DNA of 64,000 bases from Acidobacteriota bacterium (lineage in GTDB: Bacteria; Acidobacteriota; UBA6911; RPQK01; JAJDTT01): positions 4,800,001-4,864,000 of the forward strand of contig OZ242374.1 in assembly GCA_965209055.1 (NCBI GenBank). Reading direction: 5' to 3'. The translations under genes and the position numbers were made by a program. Under the pieces are notes generated by a model. The model was not told the origin of the DNA. It ran no database searches and worked only from the letters and a program-made list of their open reading frames with translations. The stretch's first letter is position 1; each line of letters starts with the position of its first letter. This document shows, one piece after another, positions 27,773 to 37,005 of the stretch.

Positions 27773-28176
27773 AGTCCATCTTCGTGGATACGGCCGCATG
27801 GATTGCTGCCGCTGACAGTGCCGATATCTCAGGCCCGTCCGTGCGGGAAGCTCGGGATCGATGGCTTTCGGAGGGCGGCATCCTGGTGACGACCGACTAC
27901 GTGGTCGACGAGACGCTGACCACGATCCGGTTCCGCCTCGGCCTCGACGCTGCGGAAGCCTGGTGGCGGCAGATAGAAGGGTCGACCCGGCGTCGCATCG
28001 AGTCGGTCGGTGAAGCACGAAGAGAGCGCGCACGATCGCTCTTTTTCGGCTACCGTGACAAGGACTTCTCCTTCACCAACTGCTGCAGCTTCGTGGTCAT
28101 GCGGGAACTGCGAATTCGGAGGGTCCTGACGTTGGACCATCACTTCCGGCAGATGGGCTTTGAGGTCGTTCCTTGA
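27769..28176 (+). CDS. vapC: VapC/PIN toxin (one conserved Asp replaced by Asn)
   Basis: IFVDTAAW, TTDYVVDETLT, DKDFSFTNCCSF, TLDHHF. Confidence 0.88.
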   Translation: MKSIFVDTAAWIAAADSADISGPSVREARDRWLSEGGILVTTDYVVDETLTTIRFRLGLDAAEAWWRQIEGSTRRRIESVGEARRERARSLFFGYRDKDFSFTNCCSFVVMRELRIRRVLTLDHHFRQMGFEVVP

Positions 28177-28359
28177 TTCGCCCGAAATTCCCAACCGTTG
28201 GCCTGTCCAACGCTATTGATGGTCCCGGCGGCAGTCGAGCGCCGTTGAAAATCTTCCGGTCATTTCAATGCCGCCGGAACCGGTCCGTGCGAACGGTCCT
28301 CTGACGTGGCTGGAACAGAAGATACACGATCGAAGAGGCGGAACAGGAGGCAGAATCCA

Positions 28360-28794
28360 ATGGAAGCTCTCAAACGGATCATCGGCATCTATCTGATCGC
28401 GGTTGCGGTCATCGTTGCGGTCCATACGATCATCGAGCCGCTGTATTACACCTCCACCGAAGCCCATCCCTACACACCGAACTGGAGCTACATCAACCCG
28501 CTGATGGCGATTGCCGTCGCGCTGAGCCTGATATTGAGCTACGGCTGCAAGCGGCGGGCCGACGCCGAGGGCGGCGACGCGCCGGTCACCCGCTACTATC
28601 TGGCGGCGAACACGCTCTTTTACGGCTTCATATTCATCGGAATCCTGTTCTTCTGGAACTGGTTCAACTACGTGAGCCCCGGCTTTACCGCGGTGGGAGA
28701 CGACACCGTCACGCTGGTCTGGGGCTTCATCGACGCAGCACTGCCCCCGCTCCTGGGCGCGATGGGCATGTGTCTGCTACGGTGCGACAAGTAA
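28360..28794 (+). CDS. Hypothetical four-TM membrane protein
   Basis: SD AGGAGG, four hydrophobic segments, GC-rich third codon positions. Confidence 0.75.
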   Translation: MEALKRIIGIYLIAVAVIVAVHTIIEPLYYTSTEAHPYTPNWSYINPLMAIAVALSLILSYGCKRRADAEGGDAPVTRYYLAANTLFYGFIFIGILFFWNWFNYVSPGFTAVGDDTVTLVWGFIDAALPPLLGAMGMCLLRCDK

Positions 28795-28900
28795 GCTGGC
28801 GGCCGGCGTCATGCTGAACCAGGAATGAGGGTTGTCGCGCCGGTTCTCCATTGTGATTGAACGGGTCTTGCACGGGCGCGCGGCAGGACGCACCACACCG

Positions 28901-29206
28901 TCACCGATTGGCCGAACCTCGAGCCGGCGCCGCGTGAAGCTGGAGTCCCAGCGTTTGGACGACCTTGAGCACGGTGGCGAATCTCGGATTGCCGTCAGGA
29001 GATAGCGCCTTGTAAAGACTCTCCCGCCCAAGACCCGCGTTTCGGGCGACTGTGGTCATTCCCTTGGCCCGCGCGATGTCGCCCAATACAGCAAATATCA
29101 ACCCAGGATCGCCATCTTCGAGCGCCGCTTCCAAATATGCGGCCATGTCCTCTTCGGTCTCGAGATGTTCGGCCGCATCCCATGGACGGGTCTTTATCGT
29201 TGCCAT
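28901..29206 (-). CDS. Putative addiction module antidote (HTH, TIGR02684-like)
   Basis: WDAAEHLETEEDMAAYLEAALEDGD...LGDIARAKGMTTVARNAGLGRESLYKALSPDGNPRFATVLKV. Confidence 0.92.
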   Translation of the reverse strand: MATIKTRPWDAAEHLETEEDMAAYLEAALEDGDPGLIFAVLGDIARAKGMTTVARNAGLGRESLYKALSPDGNPRFATVLKVVQTLGLQLHAAPARGSANR

Positions 29207-29219
29207 GACTATCTCTCCC

Positions 29220-29510
29220 CTATAGTTGATGCGCCAAGGCGTACGCCTTCCTTATATCTCGTTCCTGGGTCGTCTTTTCGCCGCCTGCCAGCAGGATCAC
29301 CACTGTCCGTTCCCGCCGTACAAAATACACGCGGGAACCTGGGCCGTAGTGAACTCGCAGTTCCGAAACACCCTTCCCAACTGGCCTCACGTCGCCGGGA
29401 TTTCCCAGCGAAAGCCGCCTGATTCGGGCGTCGATGCGAGCTCGAGCCCGCCGATCCGATAGCCTCTCAAACCATCGAGCGTATGCTTCGGTTTGTCGAA
29501 TCTCGAACAC
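29220..29510 (-). CDS. Putative addiction module killer (RelE/ParE-like, TIGR02683-like)
   Basis: GTG start 29510: FEIRQTEAYARWFERLSDRRARARIDARIRRLSLGNPGDVRPVGKGVSELRVHYGPGSRVYF...ILLAGGEKTTQERDI. Confidence 0.9.
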   Translation of the reverse strand: MFEIRQTEAYARWFERLSDRRARARIDARIRRLSLGNPGDVRPVGKGVSELRVHYGPGSRVYFVRRERTVVILLAGGEKTTQERDIRKAYALAHQL

Positions 29511-29516
29511 TGGCCC

Positions 29517-29537
29517 ATTGTATCCCACAGGATACAA
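29517..29537 (-). promoter_or_regulatory. TA operator overlapping -10 box (likely leaderless toxin mRNA)
   Basis: TTGTATCC-CACA-GGATACAA (29518-29537); minus-strand TACAAT (29522-29517) lies 6 nt before the GTG. Confidence 0.7.
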
Positions 29538-29610
29538 GTGTGGCGAGCCTGCCGTTGAATTTCTCCCGCGAAGCGATGTGCCTTCGGGCTTGAGCAAGCA
29601 TCTGCCTTGC

Positions 29611-29648
29611 CCTCACAACAAACGGCAGAAGGTCCGCCGGGCAGGTTG
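29611..29648 (+). repeat. Bipartite direct repeat, right copy
   Basis: CCTCACAACAAAC-N18-CAGGTTG. Confidence 0.55.
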
Positions 29649-29763
29649 TTCAACAACGACGGCCAGCAGCCAATTCTTCCCGTCCGCCAAGGCGTTCTTC
29701 CCAAGGGACCTTTGGCATACACGTGGGGTCTCAATAAAGATCCCTCATTCACCAACTCAATGG

Positions 29764-30270
29764 CTACAGCGTGGTGGACCGTCTTCGCCACCGCTCGGCA
29801 GTCTGGGGAGAGCAGCTTGAGCGGTCTTGGTGGAGAAACGACCGAAGAAGATGCAGTTGATGGCGATCGATCAGACGAACGTTCCTTGCAAGCACACGGG
29901 TCACATCGCCAAGCGACTGCTGGAGCGTTTCGGTCATCGAGGCGGCTCCGGCGTCCATCGATTTCCTGACCGTGGTCATGTCCGAATCCAGCGCCGCGCG
30001 TACATCCTGCTGACTCTGGGCCATGCTTTCGGCCGCGTTCTTCAAGGTGCGGTTCAGGTCCGTGACGATCGACGCCATCTCGTCGAATTGAGATCCGGTC
30101 CGTTCCTGCATGGCGTCGGCGAATCGTCCGAGCACCCGCTCGATCATCTGGCTGGCATCGGTCGATCGATCCTGGCGGAGTCCCTCAACCGTTTCCACGA
30201 GTCGCTCAAGCTGCGGCGTCAGACGACCGGCGATCTTCTCCTCCAGGGCCTGTTCCATGGAGAAAATCAA
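29764..30270 (-). pseudogene. Truncated coiled-coil fragment resembling the ZorA (Zorya) cytoplasmic tail
   Basis: RFNTELIFSMEQALEEKIAGRLTPQLERLVETVEGLRQDRS...MIERVLGRFADAMQERTGSQFDEMASIVTDLNRTL. No TM region, in-frame stop shortly upstream, degenerate C-terminus. Confidence 0.45.
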
Positions 30271-30465
30271 CTCAGTGTTGAAGCGTTCATTATTTCGTGG
30301 GGAAGGGAATAGCCTCTCTCCGGCGCTAAAGAGTTGGCCGTCCTTTTAGTTCAGGTACGGATTGATAGTGAAGGATTCCTGGGGAAACATCCACACAACA
30401 GCAAAGGCAACGCGTTACCGTACAGGCAATTCCGATTTAGAACCGGTCTTCTCAGCGCCGAACAG

Positions 30466-30903
30466 TCAGCGCCGGGACCCGGTGTGGGATGCCAAAGAGA
30501 CGGTGGTGTCGGGAGTCGCGGCGGCGACCGTGCCGTAGAGGGGGCAGCGCGCCTTCCAGAGCGCCGTCAGCACTTCGGCGTCGTCGTCGCTCACCCCCCA
30601 CATTTCGATCCGGACCCGGACCGAATCGTAGAGGGTCAACTCACCGGGTTCCTGATCGGGGTCGCGGTAGGCCTCCACCGAGACGTCCATCCACTCCAGC
30701 GGGGTCTCGTCGGCCGCGGCGATTCGCTCCACCATGTTGACGGCGCAGGCGGCGACGCCGGAGAAGAAGAGTTCGCCGGCTCCCACCTCTTCCCCGCCCA
30801 GGTCGTCGGCCACGAAATGGTGGCTCCGAGCGCTGCAGATGGCCCGGCCCAGGGTTCCGGTGCTGTAGCTTCTGGCTTTGTACGCGAGCTTCAACTCTCC
30901 CAT
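30466..30903 (-). CDS. OsmC/Ohr family protein
   Basis: GAGELFFSGVAACAVN and KARCPLYGT (both conserved Cys). Confidence 0.8.
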   Translation of the reverse strand: MGELKLAYKARSYSTGTLGRAICSARSHHFVADDLGGEEVGAGELFFSGVAACAVNMVERIAAADETPLEWMDVSVEAYRDPDQEPGELTLYDSVRVRIEMWGVSDDDAEVLTALWKARCPLYGTVAAATPDTTVSLASHTGSRR

Positions 30904-30943
30904 GTTCGTTTCCCCCTGATCGGACTCGTGAAATCTTGTGGAT

Positions 30944-32395
30944 TCAGGCGTTCAGCAGCTTGTTCACCACGTTGCCGCCCACGTCCGTCAGCCGGAAGTC
31001 GCGGCCCATGTGATGGTAGGTGAGGCGGGTGTGATCCAGTCCCAGGCAGTGCAGGAGCGTGGCCTGGAGATCGTGGACATGCACCGGGTCCTCCACCGGA
31101 TACAGGCCCAGCTCGTCGGATCGGCCCACCACCTGTCCGCCGCGGATGCCGCCGCCGGCCATCCACATGCTGAAGCAGGTGGGATGGTGGTCGCGTCCCG
31201 GATCTCCGCCGTGGATCTCCGGCTCTCCCATGGGCGTGCGGCCGAACTCGCCGCCCCACAACACCAGGGTGTCCTCCAGCAGTCCCCGCTGTTTCAGATC
31301 CTTCAGGAGCGCGGCCGTGGGCTGGTCCGTATCGTGGCAATAGTCCCTCAGCCTCTTGTCGATCTGGTGGTGGAAGTCCCAGTTGGCGTGGTTGAGCATG
31401 ACGAACCGGACCCCCCGCTCCACCAGCCTTCGGGCCAGGAGGCAGTTGACCGCGTACGACTTGGCCCGCTTGCCTTCCCGGTTGACGCCGTACTCCTCCA
31501 GCAGCTTCGGGGACTCCTGTGAGAAATCCAGCAGTTCCGGGGCCGCCATCTGCATCCGGAAGGCCAGTTCGTACGAGGCGATGCGGGCGCCGATCTCGGC
31601 GTCGCCGGTTTCCCGGAACCGTTTCTCATTCAGGAGCCGGAGTGCATCCAGGTGGACTCGCTGAATGCTGGAATTGACGCCGGGCGGATCCGACAGGTAG
31701 AGGATGGGATCCCCGGTGCTCATGAACGGGGTCCCCTGGTAGATGGAGGGCAGGAAGCCGTTGGACCAGTTGTTCTCACCCGCGCTGGGCCGGCTGCCCG
31801 TGCTCAACACCACGTAGCCCGGCAGATCCTGCGACTCGCTTCCCAGGCCGTAGGTCACCCATGATCCCATGGTGGGATGCCCCAGGATGCTGGTGCCCGC
31901 GTTGAGGAGCAGCTCACCCGGGTCGTGGTTCACCGCGTCGGTCTGCATGGTGCGAATCAGGCAGATGTCGTCGGCGTGGGCCCCCGTATAGGGAAGGTAG
32001 TCGGAAAACTCGGTGCCGCTTTGCCCATGGGCCTTGAATTCCCGGGGGCTGCCCATGAGGGTGGCCGTGGGCTTCAGGAAAGCCTGCTTCAAGTTTTTTC
32101 TCAGGGAAACAGGCAACTGCTGTCCGTGCCACTTCTTCAGGGCCGGTTTAGGGTCCATGAGATCGATCTGGCTGGGTCCCCCCGACATGTAGAGGAAGAT
32201 CACGTGCTTGGCCGTGGCCGGGAAATGGGGTCCCCTGGGTTCCAGCGGATTCACCACGCCGTTCCCGTTGGGCACGGCGGCCGTCAGTCCTTCGCTGGCC
32301 ATGAGATGGGCCAGGGCGAGGGAGCCGAACCCGGCGGCTGTCCGCTCCAGAAACAGGCGCCGGTTCGACATGGGTCCAAAGCGATCAGCGTTCAT
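30944..32395 (-). CDS. DUF1501 family protein
   Basis: [47 protein letters not shown]. Confidence 0.92.
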   Translation of the reverse strand: MNADRFGPMSNRRLFLERTAAGFGSLALAHLMASEGLTAAVPNGNGVVNPLEPRGPHFPATAKHVIFLYMSGGPSQIDLMDPKPALKKWHGQQLPVSLRKNLKQAFLKPTATLMGSPREFKAHGQSGTEFSDYLPYTGAHADDICLIRTMQTDAVNHDPGELLLNAGTSILGHPTMGSWVTYGLGSESQDLPGYVVLSTGSRPSAGENNWSNGFLPSIYQGTPFMSTGDPILYLSDPPGVNSSIQRVHLDALRLLNEKRFRETGDAEIGARIASYELAFRMQMAAPELLDFSQESPKLLEEYGVNREGKRAKSYAVNCLLARRLVERGVRFVMLNHANWDFHHQIDKRLRDYCHDTDQPTAALLKDLKQRGLLEDTLVLWGGEFGRTPMGEPEIHGGDPGRDHHPTCFSMWMAGGGIRGGQVVGRSDELGLYPVEDPVHVHDLQATLLHCLGLDHTRLTYHHMGRDFRLTDVGGNVVNKLLNA

Positions 32396-32399
32396 GGAA

Positions 32400-35000
32400 C
32401 TACTCCCGGGTAATGAACTCGTCCAGGTTCAAGAGAATCCGGCTGGCGCCGACCCAGGAGGCCGCTGCCGAAGGAGCGAGACCGGGAAATTCAACCGGAA
32501 GGGTCAACTGCGCCAATTCCTGCTCCTTCTCCAGGATTTCGGTTTGGCGGCGCATGGCTGTCTCCAACCAATCCAACTCCTCTTCCGCGGGTGAGCGGGC
32601 GAGACAGAGCCGGAAGGCATGTTCGAGGCGCGCCCGAGGATCCTCTGGTCCCTCCGTCAGGATCCGAACCGCCAGCGCCTGGGCCGCCTCGAAGAAAACC
32701 TCGTCGTTGAGCAGATTCAGAGCCTGCAGCGGAGAGTTGGACCGGCCTCGGCGACACACGGCCTCATACCCCCCCGGCATGTCGAAATTGGCCAGGAACG
32801 GATAGGGGAACATGCGCTGGTACTGGATGTATAGACCGCGGCGATAGCGGTCCTGCCCCTCGCTCTCCACCCACTTCCGCCGTTGCATCTTCCCGCCGGG
32901 CTGGGGCGGACGAACGCTCTTGCCCCCCACGGCGGGATTCAAGAGGCCGCTCACGGCGAGAGCCGAATCGCGGATCAACTCCGCCGGCAACCGCATCCGC
33001 GTCTGCCGAGCCAGCAGGACGTTGTCCGGGTCGCTGGACTGCAGTTCCGGCCGGACCGCAGAGGATTGACGATAGGCGGCGGACATCACCATGGTCTTGA
33101 TGGCGCCCTTCAGGCTCCAGCCGTTCTCGCGGAAATCGCTGGCGAGCCAGTCCAGAAGTTGGGGATGAGACGGTTCTTCTCCCTGGAGCCCGAAATTCTC
33201 CGTGGTGAAGACGAGGCCGCGTCCGAACAGCTCCTGCCACAGGCGGTTGACCGTCACTCTCGCCGTGAGGGGATTCTCGGGACTGATGATCCAATCGGCC
33301 AGACGCTTCCTGGGAGGAGACGAATCGTCCACCTCCGGGTGCAGAAATCCGGGCACGCCCGGCTCCACGGGATCCCCCATGCGGTTGAACTCGCCACGGA
33401 CGTGAATATGGGTGGAACGGCCGTCCGCCTCGGTGGCGATGGTCTGTGCCTGGCTCAGAGCCGGGAACCCGGCCTCCAACTCCTTGAGCTTCTTCAGCAG
33501 CTCCCCAAACTTGAGCTTTTCCTCGTAGACCTTCTTGGGCACCACCTGGCTGGAGTAGCGGACGAAGTGCTCGGTAAGGATCTTGGCTTCCTTCTCGCTC
33601 CTATCCGACGGGTCCTTCCGCAGGATCTTCTCCCCCATCCCGTACACCGGATGCATGTCGCCGACCCGGACCGTCCCCACCGCCTTGTCCCAGTTCTGCC
33701 ACCGGCCCGGATTGGCCATGGCCTCCATCAGCTTGGCCTCCCACGCCGGCTGGAGCTCGGGCACCCGGTACTCGGCCAACAACTCGGCTCGCTTTTTCCG
33801 ATAGGAGGCCACCTCCCGCAAGTAGGGCCCTATTTCCCCCGGCAAAGGAGCGTCGATGTTCACCTCCTCCGCGTCATTGAAGAAGGAGAAAAGCCGGTAG
33901 TAGTCCTTCTGGCTCAAGGGATCGTACTTGTGATCGTGGCACTGGGCGCACCCCACCGTGAGTCCCAGCCAGACCGTCCCCACCGTGTTGATCCGGTTGA
34001 TCACCTGCTCGAAGCGGAACTGCACCATGTTGGTCCCGCCCTCGCGGTTGCTGGGGGTATTGCGGTGGAACCCGGTGGCCACCCTGGCCTCGATTCCGCC
34101 GTCCGGGAGCAGGTCTCCGGCGATCTGCTCCACGGTGAACCGATCGAAGGGCATATCCCGGTTCAGGGCCTGGATGACCCAGTGCCGATAGCGCCAGGCG
34201 TGGCGCCGGAAATCGTCCTGGCGGTAGCCGTCGCTGTCGGAATACCGGGCCAGATCCAACCAGTGGCGGGCCCACTTCTCCCCAAAGTGGGACGACTCCA
34301 GAAGGCGGTCCACGGCATTCTCATAAGCTCTATCGACATCCTCCGACAGAAAGGCGTCCGACTCAGTGAGCGTCGGAGGGAGCCCCGTGAGATCCAGGCT
34401 GAGGCGCCGAAGGAGCGTGGACCTGTCCGCTTCGGGCGAAGGCCGGATGCCCTCGGCCTCCAATTTGGCCAGGACGAACCGGTCCACCGGGTTCCGGACC
34501 CAGGACGCCTCCTTCACCGCAGGCGGAACGGGGCGGATGAGGGACCGGAAAGCCCAGTGCGAAGACTCGGTTCGCGCCTTTTCCGGACCCGCGTCAGCGT
34601 CGAGCTCCGGCCAGCGGGCGCCCTGGTCGATCCAGGCGCGCAGGAGCCCGACTTCATCGGAAGAGAGCCCCTTTCCTCCAGGCGGCATGACCTGATCCGG
34701 GATCACACCGGCGACGAGTTGGATGAGCCGGCTTCGAGAGCTGTCCCCGGGCCGAATCACGGCGCCCGACTCTCCTCCCCGCAACGCGTCTTCGGCCCGG
34801 TCGAGCCGCAGGCCCTTCATCTGCTGCTGCGGGCCGTGACAGAGGTAGCAGCGGCTCTCCAGCAACGGCGCCACGTCCCTCGAGTAATCGACGGTCTTCC
34901 CGGCCGGCGGCGGCAGGTCGGACGACTCCTCCGGCAGCGGTGCGGCCAAGCCGGCCGACAACAGGCAAATGGTCAGGCTTACGAGGTTGAAAGGCTTCAA
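32400..35000 (-). CDS. PSCyt1-DUF1549(PSCyt2)-DUF1553(PSD1) cytochrome c domain protein
   Basis: CYLCH, HWAF, LLRRLSLDLTGLPP, WLDLARYSDS, CAQCHDHKYDP, NPLTARVTVNRLWQ, PSHPQLLDWLA, PLQALNLLN, LLNLDEFITRE. Confidence 0.92.
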   Translation of the reverse strand: MKPFNLVSLTICLLSAGLAAPLPEESSDLPPPAGKTVDYSRDVAPLLESRCYLCHGPQQQMKGLRLDRAEDALRGGESGAVIRPGDSSRSRLIQLVAGVIPDQVMPPGGKGLSSDEVGLLRAWIDQGARWPELDADAGPEKARTESSHWAFRSLIRPVPPAVKEASWVRNPVDRFVLAKLEAEGIRPSPEADRSTLLRRLSLDLTGLPPTLTESDAFLSEDVDRAYENAVDRLLESSHFGEKWARHWLDLARYSDSDGYRQDDFRRHAWRYRHWVIQALNRDMPFDRFTVEQIAGDLLPDGGIEARVATGFHRNTPSNREGGTNMVQFRFEQVINRINTVGTVWLGLTVGCAQCHDHKYDPLSQKDYYRLFSFFNDAEEVNIDAPLPGEIGPYLREVASYRKKRAELLAEYRVPELQPAWEAKLMEAMANPGRWQNWDKAVGTVRVGDMHPVYGMGEKILRKDPSDRSEKEAKILTEHFVRYSSQVVPKKVYEEKLKFGELLKKLKELEAGFPALSQAQTIATEADGRSTHIHVRGEFNRMGDPVEPGVPGFLHPEVDDSSPPRKRLADWIISPENPLTARVTVNRLWQELFGRGLVFTTENFGLQGEEPSHPQLLDWLASDFRENGWSLKGAIKTMVMSAAYRQSSAVRPELQSSDPDNVLLARQTRMRLPAELIRDSALAVSGLLNPAVGGKSVRPPQPGGKMQRRKWVESEGQDRYRRGLYIQYQRMFPYPFLANFDMPGGYEAVCRRGRSNSPLQALNLLNDEVFFEAAQALAVRILTEGPEDPRARLEHAFRLCLARSPAEEELDWLETAMRRQTEILEKEQELAQLTLPVEFPGLAPSAAASWVGASRILLNLDEFITRE

Positions 35001-35076
35001 GAGATTCTTCCCGGACTGGGCTAGTTCCTACATGGAATCAGCGTCAAAAGTCAACCGCGGCAAGGCCTTCATGGCG

Positions 35077-36579
35077 TCATTGGAACCGGATCGAATAGAG
35101 GTCGCCGTCCCGGACCAGCATACGTAGGCGCACGGCCTGGCCGGCCAGATGGGACAGATCCGAGCCCCGGTCCCAGGTGACGACCTGCTCGATGCTGTTG
35201 CCGAAATGCTCCACCGCCTGCATCAGGCCATATCCCGGCAACGGGCTGCCGTCTTCGTCCTGAATCTCCACCCGAACGCTTCCCGCCGCCGACGTGGCGT
35301 AGTTCATGACCAGGTTCTTGCCCTGGAAGATCAGGGGCCGGGTCACCAGTTCCCCGCCCCCGTAGGTGGCGTTGACGGAGACGAAACCGTCGGCGCGCAG
35401 GACTCCCCGGCGCAGATTGATGCTGGGGAGCCGAAAGTGCCTCAGCACATAGACCGACATCTCGTCGGGCCCGGTCGGCACCAGGCCGGCCGCCACGTAG
35501 TTGCTCCGGTCGGTCCAGTCGAGGGGATCCGACCCGGGGCGGACAAAGGCCTCCAGGTAACGCCGGTCCCAGTTCGCGCCGTCGCGGCTGAACATGAAGA
35601 CCGAGTCGGAGAGGCCGATTCCACGAAGGGAGTCGTATTTCTCCGGCAGCCCGGAGTTCCGGTACTTCAACAGTCTCTTGGGAAAAGCCACGTAGATGTG
35701 CGGCGCCCTGAAATAGGGCGTCGCGGAGAAGGTGTAGAGCTGATCCGGCGGAGCTTCTCCCATGTCGATCCAATCGGGGTAGCTCCAGTTGGCAAAATCT
35801 TCGGACGTCGCTACCCGGACGCTCCGGGTCCTTTCGCCGAGTCCCGGCGACAGGTACATGTCCCGAATATAGGCCTGGTAGCGCTCCCGTCCGGCGTCCC
35901 AGAAGATCACGTTGTGGCTGTCGAAGCCGTTGATCATGGGGACCGTGGACATGCCGTGCTTCATGTAGGGCTCGCTGCCCTTGGCCTTCCAGTGGATTCC
36001 GTCGGCGGATACGAGGAGGTAGAGCCCGCGGTTGATGCCCCCCACTCCCTTGTATTGTTCCTCCGGCGCCACCTGGGGATTGCTGTCCCGAAAGGCGAAG
36101 AAATTGCTGGTGGGGCTCCCCCAGTCCCCTGGGGGTCCGGTGAGGATGATGTTGTTCTCCTTGCTCCCTTCGAATTCGATGAGGCCCAGCTTGGGCCGGG
36201 TCCAATTCGTGCCGTCGCGGCTCTCGGCGTAACACGTGTTCATGGGCCACCCCTTGCCGCTGGCCGGCATGTCCCCGGCCCGCACGCACCGGTAGTACAT
36301 GCGGTAGAGGTCCCCGTCCTTGAAGACGGTGATGTAGTGATTGCCGGGCCCTTCCCAGGGAGCGTCGAACTTGAGCACCGGATCGGTGAGCCGGGGCCGG
36401 TGCATGCGCAGGGAGAGGCCGCCGCTCATGCTTTCGATCAGGTAATCGTCGACGAAGGGTTCCAGGCGGGAGCCGATTTCGATGGGTTCGGTCGTCGACT
36501 TGTGGGCGCTGCCGGCCAGCGCCGCCGTTGAACCGAACACGAGAACGGCGAAAATGATGAATATCGGTCTTTTCCTCAT
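35077..36579 (-). CDS. Secreted beta-propeller glycoside-hydrolase-like protein (GH32/43/130 clan-like)
   Basis: Signal peptide; FVDDYLIE, YRMYY, AESRDGTNWTRP, SADGIHW, FDSHNVIFWD, SEDFANWS, SRDGANW, LRADGFVS, DLYSIRF. Confidence 0.7.
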   Translation of the reverse strand: MRKRPIFIIFAVLVFGSTAALAGSAHKSTTEPIEIGSRLEPFVDDYLIESMSGGLSLRMHRPRLTDPVLKFDAPWEGPGNHYITVFKDGDLYRMYYRCVRAGDMPASGKGWPMNTCYAESRDGTNWTRPKLGLIEFEGSKENNIILTGPPGDWGSPTSNFFAFRDSNPQVAPEEQYKGVGGINRGLYLLVSADGIHWKAKGSEPYMKHGMSTVPMINGFDSHNVIFWDAGRERYQAYIRDMYLSPGLGERTRSVRVATSEDFANWSYPDWIDMGEAPPDQLYTFSATPYFRAPHIYVAFPKRLLKYRNSGLPEKYDSLRGIGLSDSVFMFSRDGANWDRRYLEAFVRPGSDPLDWTDRSNYVAAGLVPTGPDEMSVYVLRHFRLPSINLRRGVLRADGFVSVNATYGGGELVTRPLIFQGKNLVMNYATSAAGSVRVEIQDEDGSPLPGYGLMQAVEHFGNSIEQVVTWDRGSDLSHLAGQAVRLRMLVRDGDLYSIRFQ

Positions 36580-36719
36580 ATATTTCCTCCAGACTGGAGC
36601 ATTCTCGCAGATCCGGGTGTCCTCAGTCGGGATGTCACCATGAATGTTGCTGGTATGGTGAGTTGGTGTTATTGTGTGACGGTGTTAAATCACCGGTTCG
36701 AGAATACGGAGACCGAGTC

Positions 36720-36959
36720 ATGCCCCGCCTGACCATCAGCCTGACCGACCGCACCCACCGCGCGTTGAAGGAAGCCGCCGCGCGCCAACACCGATCCATG
36801 GGTTCAATCATTGAAGAAAGCCTCGTACTTCGAGGTCTTCAGACTTATGACACCGCCAGGGAGATCGTCGCCAAGGCGCGGGCTCATTCCAGACTGAATG
36901 ATGAGGACGCGACGGCCGTGGCCGTGAAGGAGACTCAACTCCACCGCGAAGGACGATAG
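36720..36959 (+). CDS. Ribbon-helix-helix antitoxin
   Basis: MPRLTISLTDRTHRALKEAAARQHRSMGSIIEESL; upstream of a PIN gene. Confidence 0.8.
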   Translation: MPRLTISLTDRTHRALKEAAARQHRSMGSIIEESLVLRGLQTYDTAREIVAKARAHSRLNDEDATAVAVKETQLHREGR

Positions 36960-37005
36960 CGCGACCGGCGCATGCTGCCGGGCGCTGGGGGGAACAACGG
37001 ATCCG

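Noticed and set aside
28205-28250. GTCCAAC...GTTGAAA after vapC as a possible integron attC
   Set aside because: About 46 bp is too short, L boxes are unconvincing and there is no integron integrase in the window.
29387-29791. ORF containing AIELVNEG (amidase-like string)
   Set aside because: Only a short motif; the rest is unrecognisable and overlaps the TA promoter and toxin.
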